From Nitrosopumilaceae archaeon (GTDB lineage: Archaea > Thermoproteota > Nitrososphaeria > Nitrososphaerales > Nitrosopumilaceae), in NCBI GenBank assembly GCA_965200155.1, contig CBDATR010000010.1, positions 128,001 through 192,000 of the forward strand: a DNA stretch of 64,000 bases. Reading direction: 5' to 3'. The position numbers and the translations under genes are program-made. Positions 54,255-64,000 of this stretch are shown one piece after another; positions within the stretch are counted from its first letter, which is position 1, and each line of letters opens with the position of its first letter. Under the pieces are notes generated by a model. The model saw only the letters and a list, made by a program, of their open reading frames with translations, was not told the DNA's origin and ran no database searches.

Positions 54255-55889
54255 GTGAAGTATCCGGATCTTATAAACCCCGAGATGTCATGGATATCCC
54301 GGTCCCAGCAATATAATTTGGACGCGGGCATGCTCATGGCCCACAAGGCAAAGACGTCACTGGGGCCGCGCGGTATGGAAAAGATGTATGTGGACATAAT
54401 AGGGGAGGAGACCGTTACCGCACACGGGGGGGCATTCATGAGAAAGTTTGACGTGGATCATCCCGCGGCCAAGGCTGTGATAGATGGTGTCAATACTGTT
54501 GATACACACGTTGGAGATGGAACTATCTCTGCGGCCATACTTGTAGGAGCACTTTTGGAGCAGGTAGGCGCTCTGCTAAAGTCTGGCATACCAACTGCCA
54601 CCATAATGCGGGGGTTTGAAATTGGTGCGCAGTATGCGCTGGAAACACTGGATTGTATAAGGATCAGGGGTAACTCAAAGACTGATCTGCAGGTAGTATC
54701 CTCGTGCTTGGCGGGAAAGACCATAGCGCTGGCCAATGACAATCTGGCAGAGTGGATAGTAGAAGCGGTGCTGCATGTTGGCGCGGATACGGACATGATA
54801 AAGATAGAGGAGAAGCCAGGGAATTTTACAGATGTACAGTTGATACGGGGAACGGTAATAGACAAACCCGCAGATAACACGCACATGCCCCGGTCTCTCT
54901 TCGACACACAGGTACTGCTACTCAATGATACATTGGAAGCCACACGCACAAGGACCGAGTCTAGCATTGATATATCATCTCCAGAGATGATGGGTGCGTT
55001 CAAGGAGCAAGAGAATTTCAATGTAATGGCCATCGTGGAGAAGGTGGTAAACTCTGGCGCGCAGTTTGTGGTATCAAGAAAGGGCATAGGGGAGATGGCA
55101 CAAGCCGTTCTGGCCCGTATGGGAGTAATGACGGTGCGCCGGGCCAAGTATAATGACTTGTGGTGGTTGGAAAAGGCCACCGGTGCCACCACATGTACTA
55201 GTGTGGAAGACATATCCCCCCACGAGCTCGGGCATGCGGATACTGTACGTCAAGAGATGGTCGGCAGAGACTCAATGATATTTGTCGAGTCCGCAACCCC
55301 CCGTTCGGTTACATTCATGTTGCGCGCTAGCTCCAAGCGCTACCTGGATGAGTTTCACCGTAATGTCCTAAATGCCATAAGATCACTTAGAAACTATAGG
55401 GAGTGTCCCTTTGTGGTGTATGGAGGAGGGGCATGCGAGGCCATACTGGCCCGGCGGATTAGGGAGAGAGCTCCCTACAACCAAGGAAAGATTCCGCTAA
55501 TACTGGGATGCTTTGCTACTGCCTTGGAGGAGATACCCATGACCCTGGCGCGTAATGTGGGAATGGATACCCTTGATGCAATGCCCATGCTACGGCACAA
55601 GTGTGCCACAGAACCTTCAGGATGGTGGGGGGTAGACTCTGCATCCAGGAGCATATGCAGAATACATAATGTAATTGATACATATCTTGTAAAGAAGCAG
55701 ATTATAATCACGGCGCAGGAGACAGCCAATCAAATACTGAATGTGGACGATACATTCATGAAAGACATTATAGACAATACACACTGCCACTTGGATGGGA
55801 CAGTGCACGCCCACAAAGATCCCGGTAGGAACCATAACCATTGGGAGCAAGAGGGACTAGAACAGCGACAGATGCACCAATATTACTAA
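54255..55889 (+). CDS. Divergent thermosome-like chaperonin with a His/Cys-rich C-terminal tail
   Basis: LGPRGMEKM, VGDGTIS, YGGGA.E; tail THCHLDGTVHAHKDPGRNHNHW. Confidence 0.85.
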   Translation: MKYPDLINPEMSWISRSQQYNLDAGMLMAHKAKTSLGPRGMEKMYVDIIGEETVTAHGGAFMRKFDVDHPAAKAVIDGVNTVDTHVGDGTISAAILVGALLEQVGALLKSGIPTATIMRGFEIGAQYALETLDCIRIRGNSKTDLQVVSSCLAGKTIALANDNLAEWIVEAVLHVGADTDMIKIEEKPGNFTDVQLIRGTVIDKPADNTHMPRSLFDTQVLLLNDTLEATRTRTESSIDISSPEMMGAFKEQENFNVMAIVEKVVNSGAQFVVSRKGIGEMAQAVLARMGVMTVRRAKYNDLWWLEKATGATTCTSVEDISPHELGHADTVRQEMVGRDSMIFVESATPRSVTFMLRASSKRYLDEFHRNVLNAIRSLRNYRECPFVVYGGGACEAILARRIRERAPYNQGKIPLILGCFATALEEIPMTLARNVGMDTLDAMPMLRHKCATEPSGWWGVDSASRSICRIHNVIDTYLVKKQIIITAQETANQILNVDDTFMKDIIDNTHCHLDGTVHAHKDPGRNHNHWEQEGLEQRQMHQYY

Positions 55890-55984
55890 GCGGGATATAC
55901 GATTAACGGACACATTAATCAGAATTAATCCTGTCGGGCGCTAGTTCATGTGTAGATTGGGTCACACTAACTTTAGAACCATTA

Positions 55985-57293
55985 TAGCGGTCACCATAAG
56001 TCTTTGAGAACATGCTACCTCGTTCCTGGACAGTACCTGGCTTTGGCTTGTCACCATTATTTCCGCCCTGGCGCCTCCGGTTGGGCGGGGAACGGTTCCC
56101 CCCGGACGACACGCTCTGCCGCCCCATACAGGGAAACCTGTTACTAAACGCCGCGTTGATATCGACGTGAAATTCCTGGTTGCATATTGAATGTGTCCCT
56201 AGTTGATCGGATTTGTTGTCAACGTGTCCACACACGTGACAGGTCTGGTTCGTTGGGTGGGTAAACCGCCCCCTCATGTATCTCGCTGGCACAGCCGCCA
56301 ATTCAATCCCCGGTGCCTCGCACTTTTGTACTACTTTCCGGCGGAATTCCCCTAAACCCGGTTCTCGCGCATGGAACGGTTCATTGTTCTTTTCCGGTTC
56401 CCGCCATGACTGGTCATTGCTTTCGGTGATAAATCCTCTAGTACTACCTTGTCTGCACCTTTGGTGATCGCGTGGACCGTTCTATTCATGGAGTCGTTGT
56501 ATGAGTTCACGTCTTCCGGAATCTTGTGCACAAATCACATTAACTGTCGCGATCAGTTGTGCGTAAATTTAGACACAGGTGAACTCATACCGAATTGACG
56601 CTCCCTGCTCTTGTTAACTCGTTCCACTATCTTGAATGAGCGCATGTCCCGGGAATGATCGATTGGTTTGGTTGCTCTCACCACACCAATGCCCGGCAGG
56701 TATAATTCGTGAGAACCGCGCCTTATCGGCGGACTCACACAAGACAGTATTACACTATTATTGTCACGCCGGTGTGGTATGTAATTAGAATTATCCTCGT
56801 ACGCGCGCCTGCACGCGACAGACACCTGTAGTATTGCATCCCGACCATAGCTGGTAACTCGCGCATCCACTCCAGATCAGGGCGCCACTTTGTCAATTCC
56901 AAGAGCAAACCATTCTTGTTGGACGGGTAAACCGTCCCCGGATAACCGTTCTAGAACGTGGTAGCTGATTCACGTATAATGAATCACCCTTCTTTAGGTC
57001 ATATGGTAACTTGGTGGACTCGTTCTTATTCTTGACCTTGGCCGGATCATGCTTCAATTCAAGAGTGGTTCCGGGTATGTAGTAACCACCAAGACTGATC
57101 TCGGACACCGCTCTATTATAGACATAATCGGATGTGTAACCAAACATCTTTGCGCGCCGGGAGAACTCCTTATCATTTTTCAACGGTATAATGACGGTCT
57201 GAATTATGTCACCCATCATCTGGCGATTCTACTCTAGTAGTTGTTCTATAAAACTACGGTCCTATACCCGGTAAAGACTTATGGTGGGCGCTA
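55985..57293 (-). mobile_element. TIR-bounded decayed TnpB-like element, copy 1
   Basis: Ends TAGCGGTCACCATAAGTCTTT / AAAGACTTATGGTGGGCGCTA flanked by TA; TNQTCHVCG and HVDINAA motifs. Confidence 0.72.
56499..56590 (+). mobile_element. 92-bp MITE, no TSD, inside tnpB
   Basis: Same junctions as 63508-63599. Confidence 0.93.
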
Positions 57294-57688
57294 TACAGGA
57301 CCGTGTCGCAGGACAGGGTACGACATACAGATAAGCTAAACCGGGCAGGATCATTGATGCAGTATTGCTCCACTTCAAGACAAACTCAGCAAGGGTTAGC
57401 GTGCCCATTAATCCGGGCATACAAGTTAGTGATTGTGTATGACAAATGTGTGCCCAGAAACTCAGGGTGATCTCTATAGTGTAGACTATACTAATCACTT
57501 GGAGATACCGCCCAAGGCATTTTACAAAAGCCAGTCAGCAAGTGACCCCAAAATGAATGAGGTCCGATGCAAATGACTTGGCGACATAATTTCCGTATGA
57601 TACAGGTGATTAGTGTAAATCTTAATCGGGGTCAACTGGAATGGTTACCTTTCGCGAGATTTTTAAGATATCATACTGTATTACGTAT

Positions 57689-57847
57689 GTGAAGTGCAGT
57701 ATATCAGAATGCAGGGCCAAAGGCATACAAAAGATCTCAGTAGGGTCCAAGGAGACTAGAAACCTGTGTGCCCGGCATCTACGCATATACATGAGCAGAT
57801 ATCAGCATCATAAACCAGAGTACACAAGGGCATCCGGCATGAGGTAG
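57689..57847 (+). CDS. Small putative zinc-binding protein
   Basis: (V/M)KCSISEC...LCARH pattern. Confidence 0.55.
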   Translation: MKCSISECRAKGIQKISVGSKETRNLCARHLRIYMSRYQHHKPEYTRASGMR

Positions 57848-57894
57848 ATCTTGCGGTAAAAAAATTTTATGAACCAGCCTTGCAGGATCAATAC

Positions 57895-58689
57895 ATGAAA
57901 CTCTTACTATTACCATTATTACTGCTGCCCATCGTCGCCTTTGGGGAGTCACAAACCGTCCCCACAGATGGAGGCACACTGGAGGTACGTATGACGTACC
58001 CAGATAATATAGTAGCTGAGGAACACTTTCCACTGCTCATAGAATTTATCAATCCCACAACAGGGATGTTACAGGAGCACATTGACTATATCATAACAAT
58101 AACCCGCAACGGAAACACTGTCTTTGGGCCCACGCCGCTGACTCATAGCACCGAGGGTGCATTACGGGGACTGGAACCGGCATTTCAGAATACTGGCGAC
58201 TATACCATAAATGTGAGCGTTGAGGGCATATTATTCCAGCCACTGGATCCAGAGAACGCATCATTAACTATACGCGTGGAAGATCCTGATAGTGGCGGAG
58301 GCTGTCTCATAGCTACGGCTGCATATGGTTCTGAAACGGCAATCCAGGTCCAACAGTTGCGGGACATAAGAGACAACGTGTTACTTTCCACTGATGCGGG
58401 GCGCGCCTTTATGGATGGATTTAACCCGATATATTATTGGTTCTCACCAACAGTAGCGGATATGGAGAGGCAGAACCCCCTCTTTCGCGAAGTGATAAGG
58501 GCAACCATGCAACCCATGCTGGGGTCACTACAAGTAATGGAGTATGCAGATACCAACGAGAAGGTCATTACGTATGGTATAGGCATAATACTGCTAAATG
58601 CCGCAATATACACGTCTCCCCTAGCAGGATTAGTTTGGATGTGCAGGTATGTCAGACCACGTATATCAAAGTCCCATACGAACGTCTAG
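57895..58689 (+). CDS. Secreted protein with a CFI-box-CTERM domain
   Basis: Signal peptide; GGCLIATAAYGSE, LR..RDN, Y.FSP..AD. Confidence 0.85.
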   Translation: MKLLLLPLLLLPIVAFGESQTVPTDGGTLEVRMTYPDNIVAEEHFPLLIEFINPTTGMLQEHIDYIITITRNGNTVFGPTPLTHSTEGALRGLEPAFQNTGDYTINVSVEGILFQPLDPENASLTIRVEDPDSGGGCLIATAAYGSETAIQVQQLRDIRDNVLLSTDAGRAFMDGFNPIYYWFSPTVADMERQNPLFREVIRATMQPMLGSLQVMEYADTNEKVITYGIGIILLNAAIYTSPLAGLVWMCRYVRPRISKSHTNV

Positions 58690-60747
58690 TACACGGCAAC
58701 CCTTCTCCAGAACAACTACCGGATTCATATCCAGCTCCTTTATGCGGGGGTGATCCGTTACCAGCTGTGAAACCCTCTGGATACATTCACACAGTGCGTC
58801 TATATCGGATGGCTTGTCGCCACGCGCACCCATGAGAAGCTTCTTGGCCTTTATAGAATCAATCATTACTCGAGCCTCCTGAGCAGTTACAGGGGCCATC
58901 CGGAACACAACGTCCTTGAGAATCTCCACGTAAACTCCACCCATCCCGAACATAAGCATGGGGCCAACACCGGGCTCCTGCTTGCAGCCTATGATAACCT
59001 CCTTGCCGCCGCGTACCATCTCTACGACCAGGCACCCATGTATGCTGGCCTGAGAGTCATACCTTCTTGCACTTTCGGTGATTTGTCCAAATGCCTCACG
59101 TACTTCTTCTTCGTCGGACAGGCCCACCCTGACACCGCCGGCATCGGACTTGTGGGTTATCTGGGGCGAGACTACTTTCATAACCACGGGAAATCCCATA
59201 TCTCGCGCGACGTTAACAGCCTCCTGAGAATTCTTGGCCATTACACTTTTGGGCAGTGGTAGTCCGTATGACTCAAGTATACGTTGGCCTTCTGCCTCCA
59301 GCAGGCTACTGCGATCATGGGCGCCGTTCAGTATCTCCCCTACCGCATCCCTGGAGACATTGTATTGTGTAATGTTGCCGGGGGGCGCATTTATCCATTC
59401 AGAGAATCGTAGCATGGCCTTCAGGGCGCGCACCGCCCCTTCCGCGTATGTATAGTAAGGAACACCACCTTCTGCCAGTATAGTTCGGTTGGTTGTGCCC
59501 TCATCAAGACCCATAAGACTGGCCAGGATTGTTTTCTTGTATTTTTTTGACATCTTTACAATTACCCGGGCGAGCCCGTCATAGTCCAGTGTGCCTGAGG
59601 GAGTACACATTACAATTGCCGAGCCCACCGTGTCATGTGACAGAACCCTTTCAAGCACATTTTCAAATCGAGCATAGTCTGCATCTCCCACTATATCCAC
59701 CGGATTGCGAGAGCTCCCCCACGGCGGTATGACATTATCTATGTGGGGTCGGATTGGTGTTATGTCCGCCATCTTGATGTCAAGTTTGGAGCAGGCATCA
59801 GTGGATATGATGGCGGGCCCTCCCGCATTGGATATGATAGCCAAGTCTCCGCTGGGCAGGGGTTGTTTGGAAAAGGCGGTAGCATAGTCGAATAATTCAT
59901 CCATACTGTCCACACGAATAACTCCGGCTTGTCGAAATAGGTCATCATATAGCTCATCAGAGCCCATCAGGGCGCCCGTGTGCGACATGGCCGCCTTGGC
60001 ACCCTCGGGGCTACGACCAGACTTTAGTACCAGTATGGGTTTTTTGTGTTCCCGGGTTACACTCCTACAGGTGTCTAGAAACTGTCTCCCATCACCAATG
60101 TCTTCCAGATACATTACTATCACTTTAGTCTGTTTGTGAGTGGCCAGTGTCCTGAGCACCTCTATCTCGCCGGTGGCTGCCTTATTACCAAGACTCACAA
60201 CCGCAGAGAAGCCTATCCCCTGAGCGGAAGCATCCTCGCATAATGCAGCACAGATGGCCCCGCTCTGAGACACCAAGGCTATGGATCCGGTCTTGGGGGT
60301 TATCTTTAGGAATGTGGAATTCATCATGGTCTCAGGGTCCAAGTTCATAACGCCCAAGCAGTTGGGACCTACCAGCTCCATCCCATACTGTGCAGAGATT
60401 TGCTTTAGTTGTGCCTCAAGGCAGGCGCCCGCCTCATCTACCTCTTTAAAACCAGCCGTTATCACAATAGCGCCCTTTACGCCCTTTTGGCCACACTCCT
60501 CCAAGACCCCGGGAACCAGTAAATTCTTTATTACGATAACCGTAAGATCCACATTGCCGGGAACATCAAGAACGGACTTGTAGGCCACTCTGTCGAATAC
60601 TTTGGCCCTAGTAGGGCTAATGGGATATATCTCTCCCTTAAACCCCTTCAGTATGTTGTTTGTGATTGTACTGCCTACGCGTCCGGGGCTATCGGAGGCG
60701 CCGATTATAGCTATGGAACGCGGGGTTAAAAAGACGGATCTAGTCAC
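58666..60747 (-). CDS. ADP-forming acyl-CoA synthetase, probable 4-hydroxybutyrate-CoA ligase of the 3HP/4HB cycle
   Basis: GPNCLG, SQSGA, SHTGAL, HKSDAGGV, ELDMNP; N-terminus resembles Nitrosopumilus Nmar_0206 from memory. Confidence 0.85.
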   Translation of the reverse strand: MTRSVFLTPRSIAIIGASDSPGRVGSTITNNILKGFKGEIYPISPTRAKVFDRVAYKSVLDVPGNVDLTVIVIKNLLVPGVLEECGQKGVKGAIVITAGFKEVDEAGACLEAQLKQISAQYGMELVGPNCLGVMNLDPETMMNSTFLKITPKTGSIALVSQSGAICAALCEDASAQGIGFSAVVSLGNKAATGEIEVLRTLATHKQTKVIVMYLEDIGDGRQFLDTCRSVTREHKKPILVLKSGRSPEGAKAAMSHTGALMGSDELYDDLFRQAGVIRVDSMDELFDYATAFSKQPLPSGDLAIISNAGGPAIISTDACSKLDIKMADITPIRPHIDNVIPPWGSSRNPVDIVGDADYARFENVLERVLSHDTVGSAIVMCTPSGTLDYDGLARVIVKMSKKYKKTILASLMGLDEGTTNRTILAEGGVPYYTYAEGAVRALKAMLRFSEWINAPPGNITQYNVSRDAVGEILNGAHDRSSLLEAEGQRILESYGLPLPKSVMAKNSQEAVNVARDMGFPVVMKVVSPQITHKSDAGGVRVGLSDEEEVREAFGQITESARRYDSQASIHGCLVVEMVRGGKEVIIGCKQEPGVGPMLMFGMGGVYVEILKDVVFRMAPVTAQEARVMIDSIKAKKLLMGARGDKPSDIDALCECIQRVSQLVTDHPRIKELDMNPVVVLEKGCRVLDVRMGL

Positions 60748-60885
60748 TGTGTACTACCGTTGGTAATTTGTATAATAAAGTTGGCGCATAGGCGCCTGTC
60801 ACTGTAATGATTTCATATGTTCAGATTGTACTAATAGTTGTGATTCCGTCGTGTATAAATTTAGGCACAAGGCAACTAACACACT

Positions 60886-61362
60886 CTATGTTGTATGCAA
60901 CATGCGTTCCTGCCTCAGTCTATATGCGGATACTGCTACAAACCCAAAGATGATAGCCAGTCCCGCATATGACAAGACTTGGCTATACTCAATGAGTATG
61001 GCTGTGGCTCCGGCGCCCAGTACGCTAGGCAACAAGGATAGCAAATAGAGCCACCACCCACAACAACCCAAGGGAACCAAGGAAAAGAATGAAAAGAATG
61101 AGGTTGTAGTGGTGGCGCCTGAGTTTCCTCCAAAGATACGCCTCTTGGCAGGTACCCTGCATCCCATCTCTTTTCCTTTCTCAGACAGAATGATCTGCAA
61201 CCCTATACCCACACTCATCCCGACTATCACGATGGAGTTAATTTGAAATGCCGCAGAGATAGACTGCACTGGATCCAGAGCAGGCGTAGTTACAACAACC
61301 ACCAAAAGATATGCCAGCATGGTGAGAATTGCAACAAGTATTCCCTTTGTTATGGGTCGCAT
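60886..61362 (-). CDS. Four-TM protein with a GCCG motif
   Basis: Hydrophobic; coupled to the upstream gene. Confidence 0.7.
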   Translation of the reverse strand: MRPITKGILVAILTMLAYLLVVVVTTPALDPVQSISAAFQINSIVIVGMSVGIGLQIILSEKGKEMGCRVPAKRRIFGGNSGATTTTSFFSFFSLVPLGCCGWWLYLLSLLPSVLGAGATAILIEYSQVLSYAGLAIIFGFVAVSAYRLRQERMLHTT

Positions 61363-61363
61363 A

Positions 61364-62761
61364 TTACTGGCCTTCGTAAATCAGGGTCGAGTTATGAAAC
61401 GTTGCCCATTCAAACCAGAATCCAGGCTCGATTGGTAATCTTATGAGCTGTGTTCCATTGAATATGCCAGAGACAGCAGTGCCATTGTAGTCCCATTCCG
61501 AGCCGGAACCGGTGTCCATTATACTACCGTTCTCGAATCTAAACTCCAGTGTCTGGTTACCTACCGTACGATCAAATGCACGAGCGTTTTCCTGGTACAA
61601 GGAGAGCATGAGTACGTCCCTGGAACCAACTCGGTCATTTATCACAATCTCATTTTCTATATCCGTCTGCCGGTATGCCTTATACACACCATCATACCCC
61701 AACCCCATTATTATCTCCTTTTGGGGTAGTCTTTCATCATGATTGTCTATGGGAAAGTATATTCCCGGTGTGGTATAGTAGTTGCCATACGGGTCTACGC
61801 TGTAGGCGCGCGCATGACCGGTATCGGTGCTGAGTATTAGGGTATCCGGATGAATGCTCTGCCAGTCCGCCCATGTAATAAGATCAAATGGGATGAGACT
61901 CAGTTGTTGGCCGCTCAGAGGACCCCGTACTGCCATCCCCAGTGCTTGGCTCCAGTACGATTCCGTATATCGGTCATACATGAGTAAGTTACTTTGGTAT
62001 AGTAAACCGGAAACACCGAATTCCACGGGTTCATAGTCTATCACCCGACCAAATACCTGGCTAGTATAACATAATGGACAATATGTAACTGCCACGGGGA
62101 TATCCCCAATCTCGTCGTTTACTATCTCATGCCATACCAAGATGATAAGGGGGTACGCCTTTACCTCCCCATCAATGGCCAGTCCCATGACAACATCGGA
62201 TCCTGACATAAAGTCTGCATCTGCCGCAGTCACAAATTTGGGGTTGTCTATAGACGGTATTCCATCTCTGGGTACGCCACCGAATCTGATCTTGTCTAGC
62301 GGAATGGTATGTAACACACCATCTGTATTCATCACGCTAACCCCGCTATCGTATGCCATGACATTATCGTCGTACATAAGGGAGCTATGCGCCTCCACAA
62401 CCACCTCGCCGCTCATCCAGGGATGGACTAGGCAAAAGTACGGGAATGTACCCTCATCATCAAAGGTGTGCGAAAACTCAGTTCCCGGGCTGACAAGACC
62501 GCTGTCAAAGATGCCATCAGGTCCGCCTTCTGCAAGAACTCCGCTGATTATGGTGTGTGCCGCGTTGTCAACGTTGTCCCAGATTACCATATCACCCACG
62601 TTTATGGTGAGCGATGCAGGTACAAAACATTCGTTATTCGCCTCACAACCGGGTGTTGAGGAACCCTCTGCGTTTGAGACGCGGTACTCTTCGGCAAAAG
62701 ATGCAGGCATTACCAAGTAACATGCCACAACAAGTAAAAGCGAGTAAGCATAAAGTTGCAT
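61364..62761 (-). CDS. Blue-copper (plastocyanin-like) domain fused to DUF3179
   Basis: AAHT, YFCLVHPWM; DGIPSID, TYCPLC, GLLYQSNL..YD, FWFEW. Confidence 0.85.
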   Translation of the reverse strand: MQLYAYSLLLVVACYLVMPASFAEEYRVSNAEGSSTPGCEANNECFVPASLTINVGDMVIWDNVDNAAHTIISGVLAEGGPDGIFDSGLVSPGTEFSHTFDDEGTFPYFCLVHPWMSGEVVVEAHSSLMYDDNVMAYDSGVSVMNTDGVLHTIPLDKIRFGGVPRDGIPSIDNPKFVTAADADFMSGSDVVMGLAIDGEVKAYPLIILVWHEIVNDEIGDIPVAVTYCPLCYTSQVFGRVIDYEPVEFGVSGLLYQSNLLMYDRYTESYWSQALGMAVRGPLSGQQLSLIPFDLITWADWQSIHPDTLILSTDTGHARAYSVDPYGNYYTTPGIYFPIDNHDERLPQKEIIMGLGYDGVYKAYRQTDIENEIVINDRVGSRDVLMLSLYQENARAFDRTVGNQTLEFRFENGSIMDTGSGSEWDYNGTAVSGIFNGTQLIRLPIEPGFWFEWATFHNSTLIYEGQ

Positions 62762-62927
62762 TTCTGTACTAACCAGACGGTATTTTATAAGAATATGGCA
62801 GTTTTATTTCTCTTCTTGCACATGTCAAAGGACTAGACTCTGCATCATAACAAACTTGTCTATGCAGTACATCGATGCGTTGTGCAATGTTTATAGCGGT
62901 CACCATAAGTCTTTGAGAACATGCTAC

Positions 62928-63019
62928 GTATGAGTTCACCTGTGTCTAAATTTACGCATAACTGATCGCGACAGTTAATGTGATTTGTGCACAAGATTCC
63001 GGAAGACGTGAACTCATAC
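62928..63019 (-). mobile_element. 92-bp MITE
   Basis: TSD CATGCTAC; empty site at 56011-56018. Confidence 0.96.
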
Positions 63020-63507
63020 CATGCTACCTCGTTCCTGGACAGTACCTGGCTTTGGCTTGTCACCATTATTTCCGCCCTGGCGCCTCCGGTTGGGCGGGGA
63101 ACGGTTCCCCCCGGACGACACGCTCTGCCGCCCCATACAGGGAAACCGGTTACTAAACGCCGCGTTGATATCGACGTGAAATTCCTGGTTGCATATTGAA
63201 TGTGTCCCTAGTTGATCGGATTTGTTGTCAACGTGTCCACACACGTGACAGGTCTGGTTCGTTGGGTGGGTAAACCGCCCCCTCATGTATCTCGCTGGCA
63301 CAGCCGCCAATTCAATCCCCGGTGCCTCGCACTTTTGTACTACTTTCCGGCGGAATTCCCCTAAACCCGGTTCTCGCGCATGGAACGGTTCATTGTTCTT
63401 TTCCGGTTCCCGCCATGACTGGTCATTGCTTTCGGTGATAAATCCTCTAGTACTACCTTGTCTGCACCTTTGGTGATCGCGTGGACCGTTCTATTCATGG
63501 AGTCGTT

Positions 63508-63599
63508 GTATGAGTTCACGTCTTCCGGAATCTTGTGCACAAATCACATTAACTGTCGCGATCAGTTGTGCGTAAATTTAGACACAGGTGAACTCATAC
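63508..63599 (+). mobile_element. 92-bp MITE copied along with the TnpB element
   Basis: Junctions identical to 56499-56590. Confidence 0.93.
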
Positions 63600-64000
63600 C
63601 GAATTGACGCTCCCTGCTCTTGTTAACTCGTTCCACTATCTTGAATGAGCGCATGTCCCGGGAATGATCGATTGGTTTGGTTGCTCTCACCACACCAATG
63701 CCCGGCAGGTATAATTCGTGAGAACCGCGCCTTATCGGCGGACTCACACAAGACAGTATTACTCTATTATTGTCACGCCGGTGTGGTATGTAATTAGAAT
63801 TATCCTCGTACGCGCGCCTGCACGCGACAGACACCTGTAGTATTGCATCCCGACCATAGCTGGTAACTCGCGCATCCACTCCAGATCAGGGCGCCACTTT
63901 GTCAATTCCAAGAGCAAACCATTCTTGTTGGACGGGTAAACCGTCCCCGGATAACCGTTCTAGAACGTGGTAGCTGATTCACGTATAATGAATCACCCTT

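Larger units (their letters stand above)
62894..64000 (-). mobile_element. TIR-bounded TnpB-like element, copy 2 (runs off the window)
   Basis: Near-identical to 55985-56991 plus one extra MITE. Confidence 0.75.

Noticed and set aside
678-63599. Many short ORFs containing YEFTSSGILCTNHINCRDQLCVNLD or MSSPVSKFTHN
   Set aside because: They are translations of the MITE, not a protein family.

Overview
This window comes from an ammonia-oxidising archaeon, most likely Nitrosopumilaceae (thermosome, sdhACDB, ADP-forming 4-hydroxybutyrate-CoA ligase, aconitase-X pair, PEFG-/CFI-box-CTERM proteins, tRNA-Gly and tRNA-Val). Core-gene blocks alternate with regions heavily invaded by mobile DNA. These regions hold 21 full copies of a 92-bp MITE with 8-bp target-site duplications (TSDs) and the same termini as the resident IS66 elements, decayed IS66, IS5 (IS903- and ISL2-like) and IS481/IS1202-like elements, a TnpB-like element bounded by terminal inverted repeats (TIRs), and a decayed defence cluster (type ISP R-M, PIN nuclease, Mrr-like endonuclease). 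Two signals are not explained by these features. First, three unrelated sites show 36-37 bp of host sequence duplicated around a unique 35-37 bp insert (period 72-73 bp). This is the geometry of Cas1-Cas2 spacer integration, but outside any CRISPR array, and an empty site or restored reading frame supports two of the three. Second, a 12-15-nt palindromic GAACCGGTTC-type sequence recurrently replaces 4-7 nt in several independent repeat families. A host-associated lifestyle is an inference from the element load. All calls were made by eye; no database searches were run.
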